Part shown: one piece after another, positions 28,073-39,413 of the stretch
Layout of the letters: each line of letters opens with the position of its first letter
How positions within the stretch are numbered: position 1 is the stretch's first letter
Source of the DNA: an uncultured bacterium
GTDB taxonomy: Bacteria > Oederibacteriota > JAAXVQ01 > JAUVAV01
DNA length: 64,000 nt
Direction: 5' to 3'
Assembly: GCA_963710755.1 (NCBI GenBank)
Contig: CAVQBK010000003.1
Span: 96,001-160,000, forward strand
Notes under the pieces: model-generated
The model's input: the letters and a program-made list of their open reading frames with translations, nothing else
The model's database searches: none
Told to the model about the DNA's origin: nothing
Translations under genes and position numbers: made by a program

Positions 28073-29038
28073 TTATTGCTGAGCCTGGGCCGGGGTTACT
28101 TCTCCAGCTCCTGCGCCTGCGGTTTTGATCGCTTCTCCGGCTTTGGCCACCGCATGCCCGCCGAACTCATTCCTCAATGCTGCCAGGACTTTATCGGAGA
28201 AACTATCCTGTTGTCTGGAACTGAAACGCTTGAACAAGGCATGAGCCAAACTGGTGGCTGCCACCCCACGCTCCACAGCCTCAAGCACGGTCCAGCGGCC
28301 TTCGCCTGAGTCTTCAACGTAGCCTGCAATCTTGTCCAACTGCGGATCTTTACCAAAAGCATCTTCCAATAGTTCCAGCAGCCACGACCGCACCACACTG
28401 CCTTGGTTCCATAGGTGAGCCACCGCCTGCAAATTCAAGTCTTCACCATATGGCGACGCTTTCAGAAGCTCAAAGCCTTCTCCGTAGGCCTGCATCATGC
28501 CATACTCAATCCCATTATGCACCATTTTAACATAATGACCGGCACCTACCGGGCCGCAATGCATGTACCCATCCTTTGGCGCCAAGCTTTCCAGCGCCGG
28601 TTTCACGCGTTCAAAATCTTCCTGGCTGCCGCCGACCATGGTGCAATAGCCTACTTTAAGACCCCAAATGCCGCCCGACACACCGGCATCCATGTAATGA
28701 AGTCCTTTGGCGCTTAAGGCCTGATGACGTTTGATGTCATCGGTGTATTTGGTATTGCCCCCTTCAATGATCAAGTCCCCTGGTTCGAGCAAATTCTGCA
28801 AGTGCTCGAGCATGTCTTCCACCGGTTTGCCAGCCGGCAACATAAGCCAAACCACGCGCGGTGCCGGCAGCTGTGCCACCAGTTCTTCTACCGTGGATGC
28901 TCCTATAGCGCCGGCCTCCACATAGGGTTGTATTTTGGAGACCGTCCGGTTGAAGACGACCACCTCGTGCCGGTCCTGTAATAAACGTCGTACCATATTG
29001 CCGCCCATGCGGCCCAATCCAATCATTCCCAGTTTCAT
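28073..29038 (-). CDS. gnd: Decarboxylating 6-phosphogluconate dehydrogenase (short form)
   Basis: GLGRMG, DAGVSGG, KMVHNGIEY, SGEGRWT and RNEFGGH. Start ATG 29038 has a GGAGG RBS. Confidence 0.95.
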   Translation of the reverse strand: MKLGMIGLGRMGGNMVRRLLQDRHEVVVFNRTVSKIQPYVEAGAIGASTVEELVAQLPAPRVVWLMLPAGKPVEDMLEHLQNLLEPGDLIIEGGNTKYTDDIKRHQALSAKGLHYMDAGVSGGIWGLKVGYCTMVGGSQEDFERVKPALESLAPKDGYMHCGPVGAGHYVKMVHNGIEYGMMQAYGEGFELLKASPYGEDLNLQAVAHLWNQGSVVRSWLLELLEDAFGKDPQLDKIAGYVEDSGEGRWTVLEAVERGVAATSLAHALFKRFSSRQQDSFSDKVLAALRNEFGGHAVAKAGEAIKTAGAGAGEVTPAQAQQ

Positions 29039-29094
29039 CGCAGCCTCCTTAGTCCTATGAAATATTATTACCTTCTCATTCCTTGGGGGATAGT

Positions 29095-32000
29095 TTACTC
29101 TACCTTGACAGCTTGGCCTAGTGGCCGTCGTCCATCCTGTTGGGATCTGACCGGCTGCAACGGACAAGCAGCACCGATACAGGTTCTATTGCTGCTGTAC
29201 TGACTGCAGCTGAAGTCTTCGTCAGCCGTCAGGGTGATGTCCAGTTCTTCCCGCGAGAAATCAGCCACCTGTTTGAGCACGGTCACTACTTCCCGCTGAC
29301 AGCACCGGGCAGCTTTGAAATCAGAGAGCTTGCCTCCCAGCCGTGACACCAAAGATTGCACATGCCGCCTGGGACCGGGCGTCAAGGGCGTACTTTTTTC
29401 AATAATGGAAAAAGCAATGCCCGCGCCAATGGCGGCCCCGCATATACCCATGAACCCGCACATGCCGCCCGGCATTTTTTGGGCTCTGGTCAAAGCGGTT
29501 TTAATATCCTGATTGGTAATGGTGCCGCCACTGTTACGATAGGCTGTTAAAATCAATGCCGGCACTAAGGCATGATGTTCCGGACCGTGCTGGGGAATTT
29601 GGTAGCGGTTTTTAAATTCATGGTACAAGGTGATCATGTCGGTAGCCGTGGCTTGCAGGCAGAACACTTCCATGGCTTCCAGCGGTTTTTGGGCATGACA
29701 GCGGTCACATACAAAATGGCCGCGGGCACAAACCGCATTGGCCGGTTGCCGGGTGTGACACCGTTCGCAGAGCCGTTCTTCCTCCTGGGCCAAATAGGCC
29801 AGGGGCGCGCCGCAGATCAGGCATTCTTCCATATGATCATTCTGCGGCTGATCGCAATCACAGGCCGATGGCTGCCCGTCCTGGTCTCGGCTACAACTGC
29901 TCTCTTGCGCCTGCACTTCCAGGTTGCAGCTGCAGGCAGCACCCAGGGCTGAGTTGGTCAGGGCCCCGGTCTGGGGATCGAGCAGTACCAGCCCTTGTGC
30001 TTCCAGACGCTCCGCCTCCCCTGCGGTCACGGACAGGCTTTGACGCTCTCCCCGGCGGATAATCTGGCCATTATCCAGCACCAGAGCCCGTCCCGGTCCG
30101 GTGAACAGCACCTCCATATGTTGGGGAGCAGCTGGTTTAAAAGCTTGATAGGTCAGACTGTAGAAACGATGGCCTTGCACTTCGCGGTAGGGCGCACGTT
30201 TGAGGGCTTGCGCCTGGGCAAAGCCCATGTCCTGTAACAGAGAGAACAAGTAGGTCTGCACATAGGCGCCGCCCAGACACTCGCCTTTCATTTTTTGGCT
30301 TGAGCGAATGGCCAGGGAAGGCTCGGTTTCCGTCACCACATCGGAGATCACCATCCTGCCCCCTGGTTTTAGGACCCGCAGAATTTCCCGAAACACGCGA
30401 CGCTTATTGCTGGTGAGATTGATCACGCAATTGGAAATCACCACATCTACGCTCTCATCGGGCCAGGGCAGGTTTTCCAGATAACCCTTCTTGAAGGTTA
30501 TGTTGGGATACCCCAGATTCCGTTCCACCTGAGGTTGCGATTGCAAGGCAAGATTCAACATGGCGTCGGTCATGTCCACACCCCAGGCTTGACCTTGCGG
30601 GCCCACCTGCTTGGCGGCCATGAATACTTCCACCCCGGCGCCGCATCCCAGATCCAGCACCACCTCTCCTGCTGCAGGGCAGGCATCATTCACCGGTGAC
30701 CCACAACCATATTGGCGGACCCGTCCTTCCTGGGGGATAAACGCCACCTGGCTGTCTTGATAATGAACGGGGTTTAAAATGCTCTGGTCCACGGTCAGGG
30801 CCCGCTGGGTGTAAAACCGGCGGACCAGGCTGTGCTGGTCACCAGCACCCAGGGAAAGTAAACAATTGCCGTGGGTAAAGTTAATGGTCTCCCCAGCCGG
30901 GCAGTTGGTGCTCACATCGCCCATGCGCAACACCAGGCCAATGGACTCAGGCACGGGCAACTCCTGGCAGGCCTCCTCAAGCAGCATGACTAACATAGCC
31001 TCGTACAAAGGCATGTAGGGGTCCTGGCCCAACAGCTGGCCAGGCGCATGGTTATAGGCCCGGTGATCAAGATCTCCCCCACCCAAAATAAATTTCCAGG
31101 GATAGTCTTTCTGATCGTCCAGATCCAGCACGGACAGCCGGCGCAAGCGCTCCAACCGGTCACTGTGGCGCCACAGCTCTTCCAGGCTGTCTTCCACCAG
31201 CCCGCAATCAAAGTCAGCCATGCCCACCAAGGCCGGGGTGGGATAAACATGCCTGTCGGGACCTATACACAGTGATTCCCAACCGGCGTTGGTTAAATCA
31301 AAGCGTGTGCCTATGGGAGAAAAAAGCTGGGATCGTAAGGCTTCCAAATTATCGATGGTTATACCCAGCGTCTTGGCCCGCGCCGCGGCTTGTCTAAAGT
31401 TGTCGATCAGCCGTCTGCTTTCCAGCAGGGGCAAATTCTGACCCTGGCCCCTTTGGAAATGCCACATCCAATGGATGGTACTAATCCTGTGCCGGGCCAT
31501 CTCGTCCACCATGGCCGCCATGTCATCCACATTTACCGAATTAACGGCCATGACCACACTGCACGATAAGCCCCGGGCCATGGCCTTGGTCACTGCCTGC
31601 AGCACCGGCTTATAGGTGCCCGGACCACGCAGGGCCTCATGTTCTTTTTCCAGCCCGTCCAGACTGACTTGGAAATGGAGCCGTTGCCGGTCCAGGCCGG
31701 CCAGACGATCCACTTGGGGGCCTAAGGCCAACCCATTGGTCAATACAGCCACGTGCAGGTCCGGCAGGCCCAAACACCAGGCAAGCAGATCCATAAACCC
31801 GGGATAAACAAAAGGTTCCCCCCCGGTGAAGACCACCAGCCGCGTGCCCAGGGCATAGGCTTGCTTAATCCAGTTGTGCACATCCGCCAACAGCAGCTCC
31901 CTGCCCTGACCACCAGACTTGCAGTTAAACAGGCAGTGGCTGCAATTCAAATTGCAGTTATCCGTAAGATGAATCCAAAATTCCGAAAGGTGCTTAAGCG

Positions 32001-32226
32001 GCTGTCCGGCCCGGCCGCGATAAACCTCGGCGCTATTGGCGGTCAGTGCCTGTTCCAAAGCCAGCACCTCCAGTGCCTCTGCCAGTGCCGGGGCAACTGG
32101 ATGGGGGTGGCCTTTCCCCTGCAAATAATCATCAGCCGCAGGACTGGGCACAAACCAAAATGGAGTCTTCCCATCCACATAAACAGCTAAAGAAGACAAA
32201 GGCAGACGCACCCATGCGTTTTCCAT
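29095..32226 (-). CDS. Fusion protein: radical SAM + ArsM-like methyltransferase + Cys-rich DUF5714-type domain
   Basis: Radical SAM: CNLNCSHC, TGGEP, LTNG, QVSLDG. ArsM-type: YGCGSP, DLGCGAG, GVDMT, ISNCVINL, GECLGGA. C-terminus: CLICGAPL..CERC..CARGHFVCDRCH..HGPEHH..CGFMGICG..RCC. Confidence 0.88.
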   Translation of the reverse strand: MENAWVRLPLSSLAVYVDGKTPFWFVPSPAADDYLQGKGHPHPVAPALAEALEVLALEQALTANSAEVYRGRAGQPLKHLSEFWIHLTDNCNLNCSHCLFNCKSGGQGRELLLADVHNWIKQAYALGTRLVVFTGGEPFVYPGFMDLLAWCLGLPDLHVAVLTNGLALGPQVDRLAGLDRQRLHFQVSLDGLEKEHEALRGPGTYKPVLQAVTKAMARGLSCSVVMAVNSVNVDDMAAMVDEMARHRISTIHWMWHFQRGQGQNLPLLESRRLIDNFRQAAARAKTLGITIDNLEALRSQLFSPIGTRFDLTNAGWESLCIGPDRHVYPTPALVGMADFDCGLVEDSLEELWRHSDRLERLRRLSVLDLDDQKDYPWKFILGGGDLDHRAYNHAPGQLLGQDPYMPLYEAMLVMLLEEACQELPVPESIGLVLRMGDVSTNCPAGETINFTHGNCLLSLGAGDQHSLVRRFYTQRALTVDQSILNPVHYQDSQVAFIPQEGRVRQYGCGSPVNDACPAAGEVVLDLGCGAGVEVFMAAKQVGPQGQAWGVDMTDAMLNLALQSQPQVERNLGYPNITFKKGYLENLPWPDESVDVVISNCVINLTSNKRRVFREILRVLKPGGRMVISDVVTETEPSLAIRSSQKMKGECLGGAYVQTYLFSLLQDMGFAQAQALKRAPYREVQGHRFYSLTYQAFKPAAPQHMEVLFTGPGRALVLDNGQIIRRGERQSLSVTAGEAERLEAQGLVLLDPQTGALTNSALGAACSCNLEVQAQESSCSRDQDGQPSACDCDQPQNDHMEECLICGAPLAYLAQEEERLCERCHTRQPANAVCARGHFVCDRCHAQKPLEAMEVFCLQATATDMITLYHEFKNRYQIPQHGPEHHALVPALILTAYRNSGGTITNQDIKTALTRAQKMPGGMCGFMGICGAAIGAGIAFSIIEKSTPLTPGPRRHVQSLVSRLGGKLSDFKAARCCQREVVTVLKQVADFSREELDITLTADEDFSCSQYSSNRTCIGAACPLQPVRSQQDGRRPLGQAVKVE

Positions 32227-32265
32227 AATAGTATCCTTCTCAACCTTTAACCGCGATGACCCAGC

Positions 32266-33906
32266 CTAGCGTATGGATTTATAATAATTAATCAATCCAT
32301 TGGTAGAGCTGTCATGACTGGTTACAGGCTCGTTGGTCTTTAATTCAGGCACAATGGCTTTGGCCAATACTTTACCCAGTTCCACGCCCATCTGATCAAA
32401 AGAATTAATCTGCCAAATCACACCCTGCGTGAATATTTTGTGTTCATAGAGGGCGATCAATTGGCCCAGGCTTTCCGGGGTGATTTTCTTGACCATCAGG
32501 CTGTTGCTGGGTTTGTTGCCACTGAAGGTCTTGGCCTTGGCCAGCAGTTCCAGCCGGTCTTCATCCACACCCTGGGCTTTTAATTCTGCTTTCACTTCCT
32601 CCGTGGTCTTGCCCTGCATCAGGGCCTGCGGTTGGGCAAAGAAATTGGAGAGCAGCAGGGTATGATGATCGCCAACAGGATTGTGCGACTGGGCCGGCGC
32701 AATGAAATCACAGGGAATCAGTTTGGTACCTTGATGAATAAGCTGATAAAAGGCGTGCTGGCCATTGGTGCCTGGTTCCCCCCAAATGACGGGCCCCGTG
32801 GAATAGTCAATGTCCTGGCCGTCACGGGTAACGCTTTTGCCGTTGCTCTCCATATCGCCCTGCTGAAAATAAGCGGCAAAACGGGCCATATACTGGTCAT
32901 AGGGCAAAATCGCCATGGTTTCAGCACCGAAAAAGTTGTTGTACCAAATCCCGATAAGGGCCAGGATAACAGGCATGTTATTTTCAAAAGGCGTGGTCCG
33001 AAAATGCTCGTCCATTTGATGGGCACCGCTAAGCAAGGCTTCAAAGTGCTCCATGCCAATAGCCAGGGCAATGGAGAGTCCAATGGCTGACCATAGGGAA
33101 TAGCGGCCGCCCACCCAATCCCAGAATTCGAACATATTGGCGGTGTCAATGCCAAACCGCTCCACGGCTTCGGCATTGGTGGACATGGCCACAAAATGTT
33201 TGGCAATAGCTTTTTCATGTTGGGCCGTCTCCAAGAACCAAGCCCGGGCCGTATGGGCATTGGCCATGGTTTCCTGGGTGGTAAAGGTTTTAGACGCAAT
33301 TAAAAACAAGGTAGTCTCAGGATTGACCTTTTTCAGCGTTTCCGTGATATGGGTGGCATCCACATTGGAAACAAAATGAAAAGCCAAGCCTTTTTTAACA
33401 TAGGGGGTCAGCGCCTTGACCACCATTTGCGGACCCAGATCAGAGCCACCGATGCCGATATTAACGATATCCGTGATGGGTTTATCCGTATAGCCGCGCC
33501 AGCGGCCTGAACGCACTTCATCGGTAAACAGGCTCATTTTTTCCAATACAGCGTTCACCTCGGGCATAACATCCTTGCCGTCCACCAGAATGGGACGGTT
33601 GGAACGGTTGCGCAAGGCCACATGGAGCACGGCCCGGTCTTCAGTGTTGTTGATCTTTTCGCCGGAAAACATGGCGGCGATAGCCTTGTCCAGGCCTGCT
33701 TCTTGCGCCAAAGCCAGCAGACGCTTCCTGGTCTCCTCGGTGATGCGATTTTTGGAATAATCCAATAAAAGCTCATTTAAAGTGAGTGAAAATTTTTCAA
33801 AACGCCTGGGATCTTCAGCAAAAAGTGTGCGCATGGGTATGGAGGCGATTTCTCCAAAGTGTTCCTCCAATGCTTGCCAGCTCGGCAAATCCGTCACGTG
33901 TGGCAT
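32266..33906 (-). CDS. pgi: Glucose-6-phosphate isomerase
   Basis: [37 protein letters not shown] and GVELGK. Confidence 0.97.
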   Translation of the reverse strand: MPHVTDLPSWQALEEHFGEIASIPMRTLFAEDPRRFEKFSLTLNELLLDYSKNRITEETRKRLLALAQEAGLDKAIAAMFSGEKINNTEDRAVLHVALRNRSNRPILVDGKDVMPEVNAVLEKMSLFTDEVRSGRWRGYTDKPITDIVNIGIGGSDLGPQMVVKALTPYVKKGLAFHFVSNVDATHITETLKKVNPETTLFLIASKTFTTQETMANAHTARAWFLETAQHEKAIAKHFVAMSTNAEAVERFGIDTANMFEFWDWVGGRYSLWSAIGLSIALAIGMEHFEALLSGAHQMDEHFRTTPFENNMPVILALIGIWYNNFFGAETMAILPYDQYMARFAAYFQQGDMESNGKSVTRDGQDIDYSTGPVIWGEPGTNGQHAFYQLIHQGTKLIPCDFIAPAQSHNPVGDHHTLLLSNFFAQPQALMQGKTTEEVKAELKAQGVDEDRLELLAKAKTFSGNKPSNSLMVKKITPESLGQLIALYEHKIFTQGVIWQINSFDQMGVELGKVLAKAIVPELKTNEPVTSHDSSTNGLINYYKSIR

Positions 33907-34347
33907 AACGGTTACTCCTTTCCCTCTTTATAATAGTGGTGATCATTACTGGGGTTAAAAAAACCGCTTCTATTCTCCCTGGTTTACAAACTAAAATCAA
34001 GAACACAATGGGTCAACCCCTTGCCCGGCTTCATCCTGGATGGCTGGGTAGCAAGCGCGACAAAACACTATGACGTCGCCGGGAAAAGTTGATCCTTACA
34101 ACGCCTTTTAAAAATATCCGTCCTTATGCACTTGCTTACGGGGCTTGCCTAGCCCCTGGTTTTGCGGAAAAAGGGAATTATTCAACCTGGCAACCCTACT
34201 TCTAACCGACGGGAAAGTCCTCATAATTTATTTTGACAACTTATGGGCCCGGCTGGATACTGAGAATAGTGTACATGTACAGACAGAATAAAATACACCC
34301 TATTGCAATTCATGACAAGCGCACGGCCTGATTAAGGAGCACCGCCA

Positions 34348-34629
34348 ATGCTTAAATTAACCTATAAAACCATACGGCGGTTGGTGATCATCATCATCGG
34401 ATTTACGGTTATTCTATTGGGGGTGGTGATGTTGGTGACTCCCGGCCCTGGTCTGGTGGCCATAGTGACGGGGTTGAGTATTCTGGCCACAGAATTGATT
34501 TGGGCCCGCAGCCTGCTCAACCGTTTAAAGCATCATGCCCAAGGGTACACCCACGGTTTTATGGCCTGGCTGCAACGTCATTTAAAGCCTGAAGAAAAAA
34601 GCCCGCCGCCGCCGGATCAGCTTCCCTAG
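34348..34629 (+). CDS. Small membrane protein, PGPGW family
   Basis: Two TM helices, TPGPG motif and LATELIWAR. AAGGAG RBS. Confidence 0.8.
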   Translation: MLKLTYKTIRRLVIIIIGFTVILLGVVMLVTPGPGLVAIVTGLSILATELIWARSLLNRLKHHAQGYTHGFMAWLQRHLKPEEKSPPPPDQLP

Positions 34630-34691
34630 GGACAGGGCTTGCGTAAGTTTCGTGGGGGCGGACTTCAAACCCGTCTCTACAGGGTTCCAGC

Positions 34692-37115
34692 TTAAGCCTT
34701 GGTATTGGAAGATAGAGCCTGATCGGCCGGCGAAGAAGAAGGTACGGTCAAGGGCAGGATAATTGAAAAAGTTGTCCCCTGGCCCGGGGTTGAACTCACC
34801 ATGATTTTACCTTTGTGTTTTTCATGTATCACCGCATAGGCAATGGCCAAGCCCTGGCCGGTGCCTTTGCCCACAGGCTTGGTGGTAAAAAAAGGATCGA
34901 ATATTTTTTCCTGCACCTCGGGCGGCATGCCCATACCGTTGTCGGCAATGCTGATTTCAATAGAGCCGTTCTGGGTGCTGGTGGTCACCTGAATGAGTCC
35001 TTTGGTCTCCTTTTCACCCTGATTTTTTTCCTCAATGGCATGGGCGGCGTTGACTATTATATTTAAAATGACCTGCCCCAATTCTCCTGGCAAAGCCGGC
35101 ACCATAGGTAGTTTCGGATCAAGATGGGTTTGCAACCATGCCACATATTTCCATTCGTTTTTTGAAACCACCACCGTATTGGCGATGACTTCATTGACAT
35201 TGGTCATGGTGCTTTCCTGACCTTCAGGATGGGCAAAAGCTTTCATGGCTTTCACAATCTGACTGACCCGGTTGACACCTTCCAGGGTCTGCGCAACAGC
35301 CTGGGGAATTTCTCCTTGGAGATACTCCACATCCAGGGCTTGGCTCAAATCCTGCAGGGTCCGGCCCAGGTTGGCCGGATCGGCACCTGCGGCCTCCAGG
35401 CTTTTTTGAATAATCTCCATCAGATCAGTAAACGCGTCGTTGAGAAATTTGACATTGTCGCCAATGAACTGAATGGGGGTATTGATCTCATGGGCAATGC
35501 CGGCCGCCAACTGGCCTATGGAAGTTAATTTTTGATTCTGCAGGCGTTCCGCTTCCAGTTGTTTGCGCTCGGTGATATCCAGAATGACGCCGACCAGGCC
35601 CGAGATTTCGCCCTCGCTGTTGGTCAAGACCGCCTTGTGAAACACCACCGTACGCAAGGTGCCGTCGCGACGGGGTAGCGGGGCTTCGTAAATTTGCGAC
35701 CCACCGCTTTTATAAAGATCCTCGTCCGCCTTATTATAGGTCTGGGCCAGATCCAGAGGATAGAAATCAAACAGGCTTTTGCCGATGATGGCTTCTTTGT
35801 CAATACCCAGAAATTGGACAAAGGCTTGATTACATCCTAAATACACGCCCTTCCTATCTTTATAAAACACCGGTCCTGGAATGGCTTCGATCAGGGTTTC
35901 CAAAAAATGGTGCTGCTCCTGTTCTTTCAGTTGCGCTTCTTTGATGGCTGTGATCTTAATGGCCACGCTGAATTTAACCCACCGGCCATCAGCCCACTGC
36001 AGCGCCTGGTCCGTGTAATGATACCATTCACCGCTTAAAGGATGGCGCATTTCCCAGTGATAAGTGTCATGTTGTTCTTTTCCAAACAGAATCTGATTGG
36101 TACAAAAACTGCAGGGCGCCTCTTGGCCGTACAAAAACCGGTAACAAGGGCTGTGCGCTTCACTGGAAGGCAACTGGTCGGACGCCTTTTTGTTCACATA
36201 AAGCACTTCATCGCTGACAGGATCCACCACACAAGCCACGGCATCGAGGCTGTCAAACAGGTGCAGCAATTGTTCGTAATCATGCACCAATTTTTGTCGA
36301 TGTTCCTGTTTATCCATTCCATTGGACAGAATATTGCCCAACGTTTTTATAAACTGCTTACTCGTGCCTGTCAGCACACCTGACGTAAAGAGCATGATCA
36401 TGCCGTAAAGTCTGGCGCTGGTCTTGAGGGACAGGATATGAACCCGGCCCTGGTCGGGGGCGCCGACCTTATGCAACAGGCCTTGGCTCACGTTGCTGCC
36501 GGTGGCAGGGGTAATCTCCAGGAAACAAAACGTCATTAACCACTGCTTCTCTTCGGCCGTCAGGATGATGCCACTCTCGAATCCCGGCAGGTTGCTGCCG
36601 TTTAAAACCAGCATTTGCTTTTGCGCCTGGTCACTCACCGTTGCCAGTCCCCTACTGCCGGGTAAGCTTTGAAGGATGGCAGGTAAATAGGTTCGCATCA
36701 GATTGCTGAGAGATCCTTCCTTAAGCGCTTCCTGGCTTAGTTGACTTATCAGGGTTTGACGCTGGTTGGCCATATGCAGACGATGCAACAGGCTCCTTGT
36801 TTGGGCAAAAATAAAAACTAAAATAAGCGTAATGACATGGCCAAGGATACTGCCGGGCTGGGTGTAAAACTTCCACAATTCAATCCAGCCGGCATGGTGA
36901 TGAAGCATGATGGCATGGCTTTGAAATACCATTACCACACCCCAGGCCAGGACCCCGGGGATAACGCCCATACTCCAACCGATATACAACACCGGCAGGC
37001 TGCCGAGCACCACCAGTCCCGTGCCCAAATGTGAAATCAAGCCATAGACGGCCAGAATATAAATGACGATCAAGCCGATTGCTAAAAGTGACTGCCGCAA
37101 GTTAAGGTTGGTCAT
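34692..37115 (-). CDS. Membrane PAS-domain sensor histidine kinase
   Basis: N-terminal TM helices, two PAS-like regions, H-box AHEINTP, N-box, [13 protein letters not shown] and GTGQGL. Confidence 0.92.
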   Translation of the reverse strand: MTNLNLRQSLLAIGLIVIYILAVYGLISHLGTGLVVLGSLPVLYIGWSMGVIPGVLAWGVVMVFQSHAIMLHHHAGWIELWKFYTQPGSILGHVITLILVFIFAQTRSLLHRLHMANQRQTLISQLSQEALKEGSLSNLMRTYLPAILQSLPGSRGLATVSDQAQKQMLVLNGSNLPGFESGIILTAEEKQWLMTFCFLEITPATGSNVSQGLLHKVGAPDQGRVHILSLKTSARLYGMIMLFTSGVLTGTSKQFIKTLGNILSNGMDKQEHRQKLVHDYEQLLHLFDSLDAVACVVDPVSDEVLYVNKKASDQLPSSEAHSPCYRFLYGQEAPCSFCTNQILFGKEQHDTYHWEMRHPLSGEWYHYTDQALQWADGRWVKFSVAIKITAIKEAQLKEQEQHHFLETLIEAIPGPVFYKDRKGVYLGCNQAFVQFLGIDKEAIIGKSLFDFYPLDLAQTYNKADEDLYKSGGSQIYEAPLPRRDGTLRTVVFHKAVLTNSEGEISGLVGVILDITERKQLEAERLQNQKLTSIGQLAAGIAHEINTPIQFIGDNVKFLNDAFTDLMEIIQKSLEAAGADPANLGRTLQDLSQALDVEYLQGEIPQAVAQTLEGVNRVSQIVKAMKAFAHPEGQESTMTNVNEVIANTVVVSKNEWKYVAWLQTHLDPKLPMVPALPGELGQVILNIIVNAAHAIEEKNQGEKETKGLIQVTTSTQNGSIEISIADNGMGMPPEVQEKIFDPFFTTKPVGKGTGQGLAIAYAVIHEKHKGKIMVSSTPGQGTTFSIILPLTVPSSSPADQALSSNTKA

Positions 37116-37200
37116 GCGCCCTGGCCTCTTGGAATCAAATATTATGATCTGCTATGATTATCGACTGGGAAGTCAGGTGTATTGACCATGGAAGGGATAA

Positions 37201-37238
37201 ATAAAGGCTGTGGCCAGTATACTCGCCACAGCCTTTAT
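37201..37238 (-). terminator. Stem-loop, probable terminator
   Basis: ATAAAGGCTGTGGC-loop-GCCACAGCCTTTAT perfect inverted repeat downstream of the LiaF-like gene. Confidence 0.7.
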
Positions 37239-37269
37239 ATTGAGTTTTAAAAAATTAGATAATAAACAC

Positions 37270-37809
37270 TTAATAACGCACGTTTAGTCCGCCAAAAACG
37301 GTGTCTGCCCGAATGGTTAAATAAGGTTCGTTTTCATTGAAGTTGGCTGTGGTAAAAAGGGTGGAACCAAAGCCGCCGCTGGTGCGGTCCGGCAGCTGAA
37401 TGCCACCAAAGGCCACATTGGCTACCAGCTTAACCGGCACGGCAGTGTTTAAAATAATCTCGGTGCTGGAAAACACCGTGTGCACGTCGATGGTTCTGGG
37501 AATGGCCTCCAGGGTTACATCGTGTAGGTCCAGCACCATCTTGCCGAAAATCACATTGTACTCTTTTTTATTGGCATCAGGGGTATTGATGATTTGCTCG
37601 TGAAACACCACATCCTGGCCCTGGCCGTGGCTATGCCAGGACATCCAGCCCCAGGCCCCGAAAATAATTCTGAGCCCCAGGTAAATAAAGAAAAAACCAA
37701 TCAGCAGCTTAAAGATGGGAATATTGATTCGAAACACGCCATTCAAAATAATCGCCAGCCCGATGATCACCACCAGTAATCCCCAGAACAATGCTCCGCC
37801 CATTTTCAT
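37270..37809 (-). CDS. LiaF-related membrane protein
   Basis: Two N-terminal TM helices followed by a beta-rich domain with VIFG/TVFS/VAFG/TVFG repeats. Confidence 0.7.
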   Translation of the reverse strand: MKMGGALFWGLLVVIIGLAIILNGVFRINIPIFKLLIGFFFIYLGLRIIFGAWGWMSWHSHGQGQDVVFHEQIINTPDANKKEYNVIFGKMVLDLHDVTLEAIPRTIDVHTVFSSTEIILNTAVPVKLVANVAFGGIQLPDRTSGGFGSTLFTTANFNENEPYLTIRADTVFGGLNVRY

Positions 37810-37919
37810 ACGCTCCTCCCTGCTTGATTGTGCTGCCCACTATTCAATGCCTTGGTTGTATCACACCCGTTCATGCCTTGTCGATAAAAACCTTCTGCCC
37901 GCCGAACCTGCCGGATATG

Positions 37920-38082
37920 CTCATCCATCGCCTTCACTTTGGCCATCCGCCGTTCCTGGCGAGGACCATGAGCGGCGTGAGCGTTTAAAAAAAACTGACT
38001 ATAGGCTTCACTGCCACTAACGCTGCTGCCCAGGCGGAGCACATTCAGGTCATCCAGTTCCATGCCCTTGGCGGGCCCTATA
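37920..38082 (-). pseudogene. rpiB: Decayed 3' fragment of a second rpiB
   Basis: Translates ..GMELDDLNVLRLGSSVSGSEA..FLNAHAAHGPRQERRMAKVKAMDE, compared with the intact RpiB ..GVEHDDMNVLCLGSRVIGSEA..FLNAHFSHAPRHERRVAKVKAMDE. The N-terminal catalytic part is absent. Confidence 0.8.
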
Positions 38083-38153
38083 CGCATTAAGGCACACCGT
38101 CCCCTTGGGAAACATTTTTCTGATCTCCACTTCCAAACAAACCCGTCAGACCG

Positions 38154-39395
38154 TTACTTAAGGGATAAGGCATCGTCAGCCAGCAAAGGAACCTGGTTAC
38201 GAATTCCGATAGACCCTGTGTTGGCCTGCATGGTCCGGCCGTGAATATCTACAATCACCAGCCGTACAATAAAGTCACCGTCTTGAACCATCAACCCGCG
38301 ATCATCTTTGCCGTGCCAAACCAGCTGGTTGGGCGGTTGTTCCTCACCTTGAAAAGACCGCACCACATCGCCTTGCTGGTCCACGATGGTGACGTCCCAA
38401 TGATCGATGGGATACTTGGTGTGGGCTTGAATGGTTAACGTCGTATAGCGCTTGATTCCCACCGGTGAAAATATTCTGGGTTGAGCTTGCAGGCTGACCT
38501 GGTAACCGCCGAAAGTGTAGCCCAAGGATAGCTTGTGCGACCAACCTAAGGCTTCGATGCCGGCCGCATAGTCGATACTAAACTGGCTGATTTTAGTGCC
38601 GGCACCTACGGCAATCCTGGTCTCATCATCAATACCGGCGCGTACAAATACAGCATCACCATAAACCGTCACTTCCGTACCGATCTTCCAATGCGGCTCA
38701 TGGTTGCCAAGCGTTTGGCTGATATCAGCATCAACCAGCACGTGCTGGTCAAAAAGCAATCCAGCCAACCCCAGTTTAAAGACGGTACTAAAGGTCTGAC
38801 CCATAATGGAAGGCGGTAGGGCATTGGTGGCCATGAAGCCGATTTGAAAATCCTTGATCGGGCTGTAGAGCAGGCCAAGATCAAGACCTATGCTGCTATC
38901 CTGACGGTCAAAAAGTCTCTCGTGGACAACTTTCAGATTAGTCCCGATCTGAACATCTGGAGAAAGGTCACGGGCATAACTGGCCAGGAGGGCACCCTGC
39001 CAGGTCTGGTTGGATCCGCTTAATGGCTGGTAATCCTCGTCACGAAGGTCATAGCCAAACGAGGATAGTAGCACCGCACCCAATCCCAAATGACCAATCC
39101 CGTCCAGGGGAAGATTGCAGGCCACAAAATCAAATACCGTATCTTCAAATAATTGTACGTGCTCCATCCCCAGGGTAACCGGATTTTGCCTGGCCAAGCC
39201 GGCGGGATTATAATTAGCGGCGCTCACATCATCGGCCAGGCCGGTCATGGCCCCACCCATGCCGGCTGCCCGCGCGCCGATATCGTAGTTAAGGTATTCT
39301 CCCGGCAAACCGTAATCGCCCGACCCCGGCCAACCCTGGGTTGTAATTAAACCGAGCAGTATGATTAGCAACGAAACACTATTGAGCTTTTTCAT
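38154..39395 (-). CDS. PorV/PorQ-like outer-membrane beta-barrel with C-terminal FlgD-Ig-like domain
   Basis: Signal peptide, GARAAGMGGA...NYNPAGLA, amphipathic strands, then FSP...WHGKDDRG..VQDG. Confidence 0.8.
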   Translation of the reverse strand: MKKLNSVSLLIILLGLITTQGWPGSGDYGLPGEYLNYDIGARAAGMGGAMTGLADDVSAANYNPAGLARQNPVTLGMEHVQLFEDTVFDFVACNLPLDGIGHLGLGAVLLSSFGYDLRDEDYQPLSGSNQTWQGALLASYARDLSPDVQIGTNLKVVHERLFDRQDSSIGLDLGLLYSPIKDFQIGFMATNALPPSIMGQTFSTVFKLGLAGLLFDQHVLVDADISQTLGNHEPHWKIGTEVTVYGDAVFVRAGIDDETRIAVGAGTKISQFSIDYAAGIEALGWSHKLSLGYTFGGYQVSLQAQPRIFSPVGIKRYTTLTIQAHTKYPIDHWDVTIVDQQGDVVRSFQGEEQPPNQLVWHGKDDRGLMVQDGDFIVRLVIVDIHGRTMQANTGSIGIRNQVPLLADDALSLK

Positions 39396-39413
39396 GAGGC
39401 ACCTCCCTTGTCC

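Noticed and set aside
37806-38087. 93-aa ORF as a novel gene
   Set aside because: It is largely the decayed rpiB fragment.
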